From NCBI GenBank assembly GCA_965202805.1, contig OZ241869.1, forward strand, positions 256,001 through 320,000: a DNA stretch of 64,000 bases, given 5' to 3'. Each line of letters starts with the position of its first letter. Position 1 is the first letter of the stretch. Source of the DNA: Longimicrobiales bacterium (GTDB lineage Bacteria; Gemmatimonadota; Gemmatimonadetes; Longimicrobiales; Gaopeijiaceae). Of this stretch, positions 47,490 through 56,522 are shown piece by piece. The notes under the pieces were generated by a model. The model made no database searches and was not told the origin of the DNA. It saw only the letters and a list, made by a program, of their open reading frames with translations. The position numbers and the translations under genes are program-made.

Positions 47490-47895
47490 GAGCGGCGAGG
47501 CTCTAGATGTTTCCCCCCGCGACGGCTACAAGGTCTGCTCCACGGTTTCCCGCGCCGCTGCCTTGATCGCCCAGGGAACATCTGAATCCCGATGCAGGGC
47601 GGCTCCGTTGGAGAGAGCCGCCGAGCAAACCGCGGAAGAAGTCGCCCGAGCGCGGGCAAGGCTCGCCTGGGCGCGGGAACGTCCGGCAGTAGGTTCTCCT
47701 ACAACCGGGATTCCTACCGGCCATTCCCTTTCATCCGCGAGATACGCTGGAGCCGGATCGGAACCCGACCCAGCTAGACACGAGGGGAAACGGGCTACCG
47801 TCAGTGGGTAGAAAACTTCGCTCGCCCGGTCACAGCCGACTACCTTGGGGGTTGTACGCGCAACTCCTTGAGACGCATCCGAACCTGGAAGCGAG

Positions 47896-48561
47896 GTGAG
47901 CATGGAGGGTCACTCCGTAGCACCGGAACAGACCGACGGCTTCAGGGACACCACCCGGCTTGCCAAGTGGACGCGGGGGTTTCTGTACGCGAATATCGCC
48001 TCGGCACTCCTGGGGGTATGGTCCAATGCCAGCAATCTGCTGAGCGGTGCAGGGGTAGAAGAGTCGGCAGGCACCGGGCTCGGAGCGATCTTCTGGGTGA
48101 CGGGGATGCCGATCTGGCTCATCACCGCCGTCCTGGTGCTCATCTGGATTCATCGGGCCAATCACAATGCCCGGCAACTGGGCGCGGCGGACATGCGGTT
48201 CACGCGGGGGTGGGCGGTGGGGTGGTACTTCGTGCCCATCGCATGGTTCTGGAAGCCATATCAGGTCATGAGCGAGATCTGGCGCACCTCCCGGAACCCT
48301 TCCTACTGGCGTGAGCAACCGGTATCCCTGCTACTGCCTTGGTGGTGGGCCCTCTGGATCGTGCCGTTCTGGGGCTCTTCCATGGTGGCCTTGACGGTCG
48401 GCCGTAACCTCGATGAGGCAGGTGCGAAAGCCCTTGAGGCGACTTCCGGGCTTGCGTACTGGACCTTGGAAATTCCGCTGACCTTCGTTCTGCTCGCCAT
48501 CATCGCGGGAGTCCACCGGATGCAGGCCGAGCATCACCGGAGGCAGATGGCCGAGGGCTGA
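47896..48561 (+). CDS. DUF4328-like membrane protein
   Basis: WIHRANHNA, GWAVGWYFVPI...KPYQVMSEIW, WWWALW. Confidence 0.78.
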   Translation: MSMEGHSVAPEQTDGFRDTTRLAKWTRGFLYANIASALLGVWSNASNLLSGAGVEESAGTGLGAIFWVTGMPIWLITAVLVLIWIHRANHNARQLGAADMRFTRGWAVGWYFVPIAWFWKPYQVMSEIWRTSRNPSYWREQPVSLLLPWWWALWIVPFWGSSMVALTVGRNLDEAGAKALEATSGLAYWTLEIPLTFVLLAIIAGVHRMQAEHHRRQMAEG

Positions 48562-48942
48562 CCGCAGCCGAGTGCGGCGACAGGTTCCCGGCTTAGCTGG
48601 GCTGCCTGAGTGGGGGGGCCGGGGGACTCGAAGGGGGCGCAGCACCCCTCGCCGGCGCTCCTGTCGCGCGATTCATATTCTCCGGCCCGCGAGATGCGCT
48701 ACTTGGCCTATGACCTGCTATCACCCGCCAAAGATGGTCCGCTGCTGCGAGACTCGGAGGTGTCCGTTGGCTGGGAGGTGTATTCAGCGGGACGCCTACA
48801 TGGGGTCCGTGCCGAAGTGGTTCGACGAGGGGCGGCGTGGATGCCGGTTGGAGAGACCGCAAGGAATCCTGTGGCGACAGGCAGGGTAGGATCCAAGGTG
48901 ACTGCCGGAGACCGCAAACAGCATAGAGCGTACAGAGGCGCG

Positions 48943-49437
48943 ATGAGAAAGCTGATTCTGGCATTCGCGCTGTTAGGCTGTGAGAACGCACCCGATCCAG
49001 CGGATCAGGACATCGTGGTCAAGGACGAGACGGTGGCACGTCTGTCGCGTCAACTCGGCCAGCAAGACAACGTCGACGATGCGCACAGGGCGTTCCGACT
49101 CCTGGTGCAGGCAGGCCAGAAAGGTATTGATGTCATCATGGCGCTTGATAGCGCCGGAGCCATGAACGAGAGAGTTTGGCGCGGTGTCCGCCGGGGCTCG
49201 CGGCTCACGGATGAGGTTTGCCCTCAACTGCCTGGGTTTACGGCTTGTGTGCAGAATGCTTGCCGCAGAAAGTTGGGGATTACTGGTCACGGAACGTTCC
49301 AGTTCAGTTGCCGGGATCTTCCACGGATACGTGGGGCATTTCGGCCAGAGGAGTTAGAGGGGTTCGCGGCGCAGTGTGGCGCAGACACCTTGGCAACACC
49401 CTTCGGTGATGAAAGACAGGGGGGTGTCTGCCCGTGA
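48943..49437 (+). CDS. Hypothetical Cys-rich lipoprotein
   Basis: MRKLILAFALLGC lipobox with RBS GAGG; six further Cys; AT-richer codon use. Confidence 0.55.
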   Translation: MRKLILAFALLGCENAPDPADQDIVVKDETVARLSRQLGQQDNVDDAHRAFRLLVQAGQKGIDVIMALDSAGAMNERVWRGVRRGSRLTDEVCPQLPGFTACVQNACRRKLGITGHGTFQFSCRDLPRIRGAFRPEELEGFAAQCGADTLATPFGDERQGGVCP

Positions 49438-49654
49438 GGGACACGTTAGATATAACAGCCACATATTCGACTCTCTCAAATGCCCCGGAAGGCGAAACGT
49501 CAAGGCCACTGATCATTCAAGGAAGAGAATGCTGACAAACGCTTTCGAGGGGCTTCCCAAGCGCGTCTGAACATCTTTCCACTACAGATCTCGGGTTCTA
49601 TCGAGGCTTGGTCCCGAAAGTCGGGGCGTTGGACGCGCTCTCCCGCGCCGGTCT

Positions 49655-51424
49655 TCACTCGACCGCCACCCCTCCCGGGGCCACCCTCCTCTCCGCGAGA
49701 CCGAGGGCCCCGTCGACCAGCAGTGCCAGCGCCGCGGCCGGGACCGCCCCCGACAGGATCATGCGTGTGTCGGAGAGGGCGAGTCCGGCGACGATGGGGT
49801 CGCCCAGGCCGCCGGCGCCGATGAACGCGGCGATGGTGGCGGTGCCGACGTTGATCACGGCCGCGGTGCGAAGGCCCGCCATGATCACCGGGGCCGCGAG
49901 CGGGAGGCGCACGTGCCTGAGCAGTTGCGCGGGAGTCATGCCCAGTGCGCGCGCCGCATCCACCGCGGCCGGGTTGGCGTCGCGCACCCCCGTGTAGGTG
50001 TTGCGCAGGATCGGGAAGAGGGAATAGAGGAAGAGGGCGACCACGGCCGGCACCACCCCGATCCCGAGCGCCGGGATCATGAAGGCGAGCAGGGCGAGGC
50101 TGGGGATGGTCTGTACCAGGCCGATGCCGCGGATCACGCCTTCCGCTCCTCCTGCGACGCGCACCAGCATCAACCCCACGGGAATGGCGAGCAGCGCGGC
50201 GGCCCCGAGGGAGACGATCACCAATAGGATGTGCCGGCGCGCATGGCCCAGGATGTCCGTGCGATTCTGCCACATGTACCACGCGAAGCCGACGACCGGG
50301 CTCCGGGCGAACTCCGCGGCCGCGGCTGATCCTCGCTCCGCCTCTCGAGCCGGGAACGATTCCGCCCGGTCCGATTCCACGGTCTCTCCGCCATCGGAGA
50401 CCATCAGGCCCAGCTCCACCAGGGCATCACGAGCGATGTCGGGCACGGGATCGCCGTCCGATTCGGCGCGGCGGTTCCACTCCCGCACGCGTTCTTCGTC
50501 GAGCAGGCCCGAGAGCTCGCTCAGCGCGGCGATCGCGTCCGGTCGTCGGCGCCAGAAATCCCCGTTGACGAGCCCGGCGGCCTCGTAGGGCGGGAAGAAA
50601 CCGCGGTCGTCCTCGAGCACTACCAGGTCGTAGCGCGCGATCAGCCCATCCGTCGAGTACCCGTCGATGACGTCGACGCCGGATTCGACCAGCGCCTCGT
50701 ACTTCACCGCCTGCAGCAGCGGCAGGACTTCGGCCGCCTGGAAGCCATAGGCCGCGCGCAGTCCCGGCAGCCCATCCGAGCGCCCGATGAAGTCCGGTGT
50801 GAAGCCCGCCCGGAGCCCTCCGGCCTCGCGCGCCAGATCGCTCAGCGTCGCGAGCCCCAACTCCTCCGCGGTCTCGCGGCGGACGGCGATGGCATAGGTG
50901 TTTTCGAACCCGAGGGGCGCGAGCCAGCGGGCGTCCCACCGCTCGCGAAAGGTCCCCGCTACACGGCGATAGACGGCCTCGGCATCGGCCTGCATTTCCT
51001 CTCCGAGGATGGCCGCGAGTGCGGTGCCCGTGTACTCGGGATAGATGTCGATGGCGCCTTCGCGCAGTGCTCCGAAGGCGATTTCGGTGGCTCCGAGGCC
51101 AAAGCGCCGGTCGACGGCGATGCCGCGAGCCTCCAGGAGCTGCGCGAAGATCTCGGCCAGAACGTAGGATTCGGCGAAGGGCTTGGAGGCGATGATGACG
51201 GGTGCACCGTCCTCCTGGGTGGATTGGATCGCGCGGACCGGCGACGTGGGCAGGCCGGCGGATGGCCCGGGCAGGTCCGCGGATGGCCCGGGCAGGTCCG
51301 CGGATGACCCAGGCAGGCCGGCGGATGACCCGGGCAGGTCCGCGGTTGGCCCCGCCCTCGCCGCCGCGGCCCCCCCGACCGCGGCGACCGCTACGGCCAG
51401 CAGCATCACGCGTACCATTCTCAC
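49655..51424 (-). CDS. Fused substrate-binding protein + permease of a glycine betaine/ergothioneine-type ABC importer
   Basis: IASKPFAESYVL, IDIYPEYTGT, GFENTYAI, DDRGFFPPY (OpuAC-type domain); QTIPSLALL and AARALGMT (permease). Confidence 0.92.
   Translation of the reverse strand: MRMVRVMLLAVAVAAVGGAAAARAGPTADLPGSSAGLPGSSADLPGPSADLPGPSAGLPTSPVRAIQSTQEDGAPVIIASKPFAESYVLAEIFAQLLEARGIAVDRRFGLGATEIAFGALREGAIDIYPEYTGTALAAILGEEMQADAEAVYRRVAGTFRERWDARWLAPLGFENTYAIAVRRETAEELGLATLSDLAREAGGLRAGFTPDFIGRSDGLPGLRAAYGFQAAEVLPLLQAVKYEALVESGVDVIDGYSTDGLIARYDLVVLEDDRGFFPPYEAAGLVNGDFWRRRPDAIAALSELSGLLDEERVREWNRRAESDGDPVPDIARDALVELGLMVSDGGETVESDRAESFPAREAERGSAAAAEFARSPVVGFAWYMWQNRTDILGHARRHILLVIVSLGAAALLAIPVGLMLVRVAGGAEGVIRGIGLVQTIPSLALLAFMIPALGIGVVPAVVALFLYSLFPILRNTYTGVRDANPAAVDAARALGMTPAQLLRHVRLPLAAPVIMAGLRTAAVINVGTATIAAFIGAGGLGDPIVAGLALSDTRMILSGAVPAAALALLVDGALGLAERRVAPGGVAVE
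51248..51352. repeat. 21-bp coding tandem repeat, about 5 copies
   Basis: Unit about GGGCAGGTCCGCGGATGGCCC; encodes (A[DG]LPG[SP]S)n after the signal peptide. Confidence 0.85.
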
Positions 51425-52164
51425 CCAACCCCCGCCCGCTCGAGCAGCTCTTCCACGTACTCGTGCGCGGGAGCGTCGCGCAACGCCTGCGGCGGGCCGA
51501 CCTGCATGAGCGCGCCGCCCTTCATGACCGCGATCTCATCCGCCAGCTCGACGGCCTCGTGGAGGTCGTGGGTTACCAGAAGAGCCGTCACCCCCATCCC
51601 CGCGCGCAGTTGGCGGAAGCTCCGTCGCAGCTCGCTGCGCGTGATGGCGTCCAGGGCGCCGAAAGGCTCGTCCAGCAGGATGATCTCCGGGCTTCCCGCC
51701 AGCGCCCGCGCGATAGCCACGCGCTGGCGCTGACCTCCCGAGAGGTCCCGGGGCCAGCGGTCCCCGAAGCGCGCCGGGGGCAGCCCCACCCGGTCCAGCG
51801 CTCCGCGGGCCCGCTCTTCGGCATCCGCTTCGCCCCTCAGCCAGGGCACCAGCCCCACGTTGCGGAGCACCGACCAGTGCGGGAGCAGCCCGCCCTCCTG
51901 CTGCACGTAGCCGATGCCGCGTCGAAGAACCACCGGATCGAACGACTCGACGGGTCGGCCGCCGACGTCCACGGAGCCGGCGTCGGGCCTGACCATGGCG
52001 TTGAAGCAGCGGAGCAGCGTCGTCTTCCCGGACCCGCTCTCGCCCACCAGCGCCACGCACGAGCCGCGCGCCACCTCCAGCGAAACCCGGTCGAGCGCGA
52101 TTGTGGCGCCATATCGCTTGACGGCTTCGTGCGCGCGCAACGCCGGATCCGATCGCGTGGTCAC
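51421..52164 (-). CDS. ABC importer ATP-binding subunit (ProV/OpuA-like)
   Basis: GESGSGKTT, LRRGIGYVQQ, LSGGQRQRV, LDEPFGALD; overlaps the fused SBP-permease gene. Confidence 0.93.
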   Translation of the reverse strand: MTTRSDPALRAHEAVKRYGATIALDRVSLEVARGSCVALVGESGSGKTTLLRCFNAMVRPDAGSVDVGGRPVESFDPVVLRRGIGYVQQEGGLLPHWSVLRNVGLVPWLRGEADAEERARGALDRVGLPPARFGDRWPRDLSGGQRQRVAIARALAGSPEIILLDEPFGALDAITRSELRRSFRQLRAGMGVTALLVTHDLHEAVELADEIAVMKGGALMQVGPPQALRDAPAHEYVEELLERAGVG

Positions 52165-52297
52165 GCGCCGTTTCCCGCAGGTTCCGGGTCGCATCCGGCA
52201 TCAACTTGCGTTCGCGCTCGGCAACCGCACCTTATGGTGCGGCGCGGTCCCGGACTGCCTGAGCGACGTCTCAACCGCGGATCGAAGGGGTTGAATT

Positions 52298-52351
52298 CAT
52301 CAAGAGGGCCGTATCCATCAAGCGGGCCGTATCCATCAAGCGGGTTGCATC
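52298..52351. repeat. 18-bp tandem repeat, 3 copies, in the divergent intergenic region
   Basis: CATCAAGAGGGCCGTATC / CATCAAGCGGGCCGTATC / CATCAAGCGGGTTGCATC. Confidence 0.85.
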
Positions 52352-52414
52352 CCATGACGCGCATCCTCCCTGGCACGGGCGCTCCATGGTAGCCGGGGAA
52401 CTAGGTCCGGGACA

Positions 52415-53746
52415 ATGACGGCGCCCGCCCTCGAACCTCGGGTGCTGCGCGACCGGCTGCGCGAGGCCCGCGACCGCACGCTCCAACTGGTCGCGCCGCT
52501 GGCCGACGCGGATGTGACCCGCCAGCACAATCCGCTCATGTCGCCCATCGTCTGGGATCTGGGCCACATCGCGCACTTCGAGGAAGTGTGGCTGCTTGAG
52601 AACGTCGACGGCGCGGGCCCCGGGACCGAGGGACTGCGCGGCATCTACGACGCGTTCCGTCATCCCCGCGCCAGCCGCGACCGGCTGCCGCTCCCGGACC
52701 GGGCGACCTGCCTCGACTACCTGGCCGACGTGCGGCGCGCGGTGCTTCGCAAGATGGAAGGGATCGACCCGCGCGCGGACACCCCGCTCCTCCGCGGTGG
52801 CTACGTCTTCAACATGGTGTTGCAGCACGAGTACCAGCACAACGAGACCATCATGCAGACGCTGCAGCTGATGGACGGGGAGCCGTACGCGGGACTTGGA
52901 GGGAAACGGTGTGGGGCGGCTACGGGCGATGGGGTCGAGAATCAGCCACAGACTGAAGACATGGTCCACTTCCCGGGCGGAGACGTCTTCGTCGGCACCG
53001 GTGACCGGTCGCACGCCTACGACAACGAGCGCCCGCGCACCCGCCTGCGGGTGGAGCCCTTCCGCATCGACCGCCATCCCGTCGACAACGCCGCCTTCAT
53101 GGACTTCATCGCGTCGGGCGGCTACCGGACAGACGCGCACTGGAGCGAAGCGGGGCTCGCCTGGCGCGCCGGCGAGCGTGCCCGGGCCCCCCTCTTCTGG
53201 TTCAGGCGGGACGGCGCGTGGTGGACCCGCACGCTGGGGCGCGAGGCCCCGGTCGACCCCGCGCTTCCGGTGTGCCACGTCTCCTGGTACGAGGCCGACG
53301 CCTTCGCGCGCCGCGCCGGCAAGCGGCTCCCCACCGAAGCGGAGTGGGAGGTGGCGGCCGGCTGGGATCCGGCCCGGAAGCGCACGCTCCTCTATCCATG
53401 GGGCGACGAGCCCGCCACGCCATCGCGCGCCAACCTGGACGCCGTCCACCCCGGACCGGCTCCTCCGGGGAGCCATCCCGGCAACGTCTCGCCGCTCGGC
53501 TGCTACGGAATGATCGGCGACGTCTGGGAATGGACATCGTCCCACTTCCGCCCCTATCCCGGATTCGAGGCCTTCCCGTATCCGGAATACTCGGAGGTCT
53601 TCTTCGGGGACGAGTACCGGGTGCTGCGCGGCGGATCCTGGGCGACCCGCCCGGGCGCCATCCGCAACACCTTCCGCAACTGGGATTATCCGCAGCGCAG
53701 ACAGATCTTCTCGGGGTTCAGGTGCGCGAGCGACGCGAGGAGCTGA
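52415..53746 (+). CDS. egtB: Ergothioneine biosynthesis sulfoxide synthase EgtB
   Basis: DinB domain WDLGHIAHFEE and QHEYQHNET, RASR motif, FGE-like domain RLPTEAEWE, YPEYS, RNWDYPQRRQIFSGFRCA; adjacent to egtD. Confidence 0.9.
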   Translation: MTAPALEPRVLRDRLREARDRTLQLVAPLADADVTRQHNPLMSPIVWDLGHIAHFEEVWLLENVDGAGPGTEGLRGIYDAFRHPRASRDRLPLPDRATCLDYLADVRRAVLRKMEGIDPRADTPLLRGGYVFNMVLQHEYQHNETIMQTLQLMDGEPYAGLGGKRCGAATGDGVENQPQTEDMVHFPGGDVFVGTGDRSHAYDNERPRTRLRVEPFRIDRHPVDNAAFMDFIASGGYRTDAHWSEAGLAWRAGERARAPLFWFRRDGAWWTRTLGREAPVDPALPVCHVSWYEADAFARRAGKRLPTEAEWEVAAGWDPARKRTLLYPWGDEPATPSRANLDAVHPGPAPPGSHPGNVSPLGCYGMIGDVWEWTSSHFRPYPGFEAFPYPEYSEVFFGDEYRVLRGGSWATRPGAIRNTFRNWDYPQRRQIFSGFRCASDARS

Positions 53747-54687
53747 GCGAACTGGCGCGCGGTCTGGCGCGCACGCCGAAGACCGTCTCGTCGCGCTACT
53801 TCTACGACGAGCGCGGATCAGAGCTCTTCGAGGCCATCACCCGGCTCCCCGAGTACTATCTCACCCGCGCCGAGCGGGGTCTGCTGACGCACATCGCACC
53901 CGCGCTGATCGAGGAGGTGCAGCCACGCGCGCTGGTCGAGCTCGGAGCAGGAAGCGCGCGCAAGACGCGGATCCTCCTGGACGCGATGACCGAGGGCGGG
54001 AGAGCCGCGGTCTACGTTCCGGTCGATGTCAGCGAGGATTTCCTGCTCGAGACGGCCGGTCGGCTGCGCGAGGAATATCCCGCGCTGGAGGTGCGGCCCG
54101 AAGTGGCGGACATGGAGCGCGGTCTCCGGCTTGCCGTCCGGCCGCCGACGCCCTGCATCCATGCGCTGCTAGGGAGCACCATCGGCAACTTCACTCATGA
54201 GGAGGCGGTGCGCATGATCGCCGGGCTCACCTCCGGAATGCGCGACGGGGACGTATTTCTGCTGGGCGCCGATCTGCGGCCCGGTCCGGGCAAGTCGCTC
54301 GAGGTTCTCGAGGCCGCCTATAACGATGCCGTGGGGCTGACCGCGGAATTCAACCGCAATCTGCTGCGGGTGCTGAATGCCCGTTTCGGCACCGATTTCG
54401 ATCCCTCGCGCTTTCGCCACCTCGCCTCGTATCATACAGGCAAAACGCGCATCGAGATGCACTTGGAGGCTCTCACGGCGCATGCGGTGGCCTTGCCCGG
54501 CGGTCCCGTGATATCCTTTCAGGAAGGCGAGAAGCTGCGCACGGAAATCAGTTGCAAGTACGATCGGGCTGCGGTGCGCTCGCTGCTCGGTCAGGCGGGA
54601 TTGAAGATGGTGCGCTGGTGGACCGACGAGAGGGAACGATTCGCGCTGGCGCTGGGCGCCATGACCTCGGAAGGAGGCTCTCGGTGA
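53722..54687 (+). CDS. egtD: L-histidine N-alpha-methyltransferase EgtD
   Basis: YFYDERGSELFEAITRLPEYY, ELGAGSARKT, LGSTIGN, AAYND..G.TAEFNRN, RTEISCKY. Confidence 0.93.
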   Translation: MRERREELSELARGLARTPKTVSSRYFYDERGSELFEAITRLPEYYLTRAERGLLTHIAPALIEEVQPRALVELGAGSARKTRILLDAMTEGGRAAVYVPVDVSEDFLLETAGRLREEYPALEVRPEVADMERGLRLAVRPPTPCIHALLGSTIGNFTHEEAVRMIAGLTSGMRDGDVFLLGADLRPGPGKSLEVLEAAYNDAVGLTAEFNRNLLRVLNARFGTDFDPSRFRHLASYHTGKTRIEMHLEALTAHAVALPGGPVISFQEGEKLRTEISCKYDRAAVRSLLGQAGLKMVRWWTDERERFALALGAMTSEGGSR

Positions 54688-55646
54688 AGAGGATCGGGTT
54701 GGTGGGTGTCGGGGTGTTGTCGCTGTTCGTGGTGACGAGAATCTTCTTCGGGGGTGAGGCGTCGGCTGCGGGAGGGAGTTCGGTGGACGAGACCGAGCCG
54801 ACCCGCGAGGTCGCCGCGCCAACCCCGGTTGCCGAGGTGGTGGGCCCGACCGCCGCGGTTCCGCAACCGGCGGCGGAGAACGGCGCATCGCTCGCCACCC
54901 CGCCACGCCCCGCGCCCCCGGCCACGCCGACCGTGCAGGAAGCCCGGGCGGCCCCGCCGCAGGAGGCTCCGCGCCGCCGCCGCTGGCGGAACTACAACCG
55001 CTACCCCGGGCCCATCCCCACCCCGGAGGAGTGGCGCGCCCCCGACGGACCGGTGCGCATTGCCCTGCAGGTGGGTCACTGGCGGACCGAGGAGGCCCCC
55101 CGCGAGCTCTCGGGACTGCGGCGCAACGGGGCCAACTGGAACGGGCTCGCGGAGTGGGAGGTGAACCTGGAGATCGCGCGCCACGCCGGCGCCATGCTGG
55201 AAGAGCTGGGCTATCTGGTCGACATCCTGCCCGCCGTGGTGCCTCCCGACTACCGCGCGCACCTCTTCATCGCCATCCATGCCGACGCGAGCGCCGACCC
55301 CGGCGTGGACGGCTACCGGGTGGCGGCCCCGAGCCGCGACGCCACCGGTCGCGCCGCCGACTTCGTCGCCCTGCTCAACCGCACCTACGGCGAGGTGACC
55401 GGCCTCAGGCGGCTCCCGACCGTAACCCGGCGCATGCGCAACTACTACGCGTTCAACTTCCGCCGCTACGAACACGCCCTCCACCCCATGACCATCGCGA
55501 CGATCATCGAAACCGGCTTCCTCACCAACGCCGGCGACCGCGAAACCATCGTGGCGCAGCCCGAGCGGGTCGCGCGCGGGATCGTCGAGGCCATCACCGC
55601 GTTCCCCATCACGCCCCCGCCCGGACGGGCCAGCACGTCGCCGTAA
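54684..55646 (+). CDS. N-acetylmuramoyl-L-alanine amidase (Amidase_3)
   Basis: TM anchor and Pro-rich linker; IALQVGH, EWEVNLEIA, FIAIHAD, IETGFLTN; RBS AAGGAGG. Confidence 0.85.
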   Translation: MKRIGLVGVGVLSLFVVTRIFFGGEASAAGGSSVDETEPTREVAAPTPVAEVVGPTAAVPQPAAENGASLATPPRPAPPATPTVQEARAAPPQEAPRRRRWRNYNRYPGPIPTPEEWRAPDGPVRIALQVGHWRTEEAPRELSGLRRNGANWNGLAEWEVNLEIARHAGAMLEELGYLVDILPAVVPPDYRAHLFIAIHADASADPGVDGYRVAAPSRDATGRAADFVALLNRTYGEVTGLRRLPTVTRRMRNYYAFNFRRYEHALHPMTIATIIETGFLTNAGDRETIVAQPERVARGIVEAITAFPITPPPGRASTSP

Positions 55647-55679
55647 CCGGCCACCCTCCAGTCCAGCCCCGAAGCGTCC

Positions 55680-56381
55680 ATGGAACTCAACAATGCTGTC
55701 GCGCTGGTCACCGGCGGGTCCGAGGGGATCGGGCGCGCCATCGCCGAAGCGCTCATCGCGGAGGGCTCGAGGGTCACCATAACGGGCCGCCGGAAGGACT
55801 TCCTTTCCGTGATCGCCGACGAGATCGGAGCGGACTGGATCGCGGGCGACGTGGGCGTCGAGGAGGATGCGGTGCGCACCGTGCAGGAGGTGATCGCCAG
55901 GAACGGCCACCTCGACATCCTCGTCAACAACGCGGGCTTCGGCCTCTTCAAGCCGCTGGTGGACATGACGCTCGAGGAACTCGAGAAGGTGTATCGCACC
56001 AACGTCTTCGGAGCTTTTCTGATGGCGCGCGAGGCCGCCCGTCACTTCATCGACCAGGGCAGCGGCGAGCTGATCAACATCGCGTCCACTTCGGGGCTCC
56101 GGGGAAGCGGCGGACGCACCGCCTACGCCTCCTCCAAGTTCGCCTTGCGCGGCATGACCGAATGCTGGCGCGACGAGCTCCGCCGCCACGACATCCGGGT
56201 CACGCTCGTGAATCCGAGCGAGGTCATGACCAACTTCGCGGCCAAGGCGGGCGTCGAGCGCGAGCGCTCCGACAAGAAACTCACCCCCACGGAAATCGCC
56301 ACCGCGGTGGTGGGCGCGCTCAAGGTGGATGCGCGCGGCTTCGTGCCCGAGTTCTCGGTGTTCGCGACGAATCCGTTCTGA
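55680..56381 (+). CDS. Short-chain dehydrogenase/reductase
   Basis: TGGSEGIG, NNAG, YASSK. Confidence 0.93.
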   Translation: MELNNAVALVTGGSEGIGRAIAEALIAEGSRVTITGRRKDFLSVIADEIGADWIAGDVGVEEDAVRTVQEVIARNGHLDILVNNAGFGLFKPLVDMTLEELEKVYRTNVFGAFLMAREAARHFIDQGSGELINIASTSGLRGSGGRTAYASSKFALRGMTECWRDELRRHDIRVTLVNPSEVMTNFAAKAGVERERSDKKLTPTEIATAVVGALKVDARGFVPEFSVFATNPF

Positions 56382-56461
56382 GAATCCCGAAGGTGGGCGC
56401 GAAGGTTGGCAACAGCGCCGCAAGCGGGATTCCCGTTGGGGACACACGACTTGCGCGCACA

Positions 56462-56522
56462 TTGACTCATGCCACCCTGATCCGTACGTTTTGGCATCGT
56501 AACCGCCAGTTTGCGACGCAAA
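56462..56522 (+). promoter_or_regulatory. sigma70-like promoter plus palindrome before the second DUF4143 ATPase
   Basis: TTGACT-N17-TACGTT; TTTGCG-A-CGCAAA dyad (56510-56522) abutting ATG 56523. Confidence 0.55.

Noticed and set aside
52298..52351. CRISPR array
   Set aside because: Repeats are contiguous with no spacers and no cas genes; the same applies to the 21-bp and 10-bp repeats.
52415..53746. Selenoneine synthase SenA or ovothiol synthase OvoA
   Set aside because: No senB/senC(selD) neighbours and no C-terminal methyltransferase domain; adjacent egtD and type I motifs favour EgtB.
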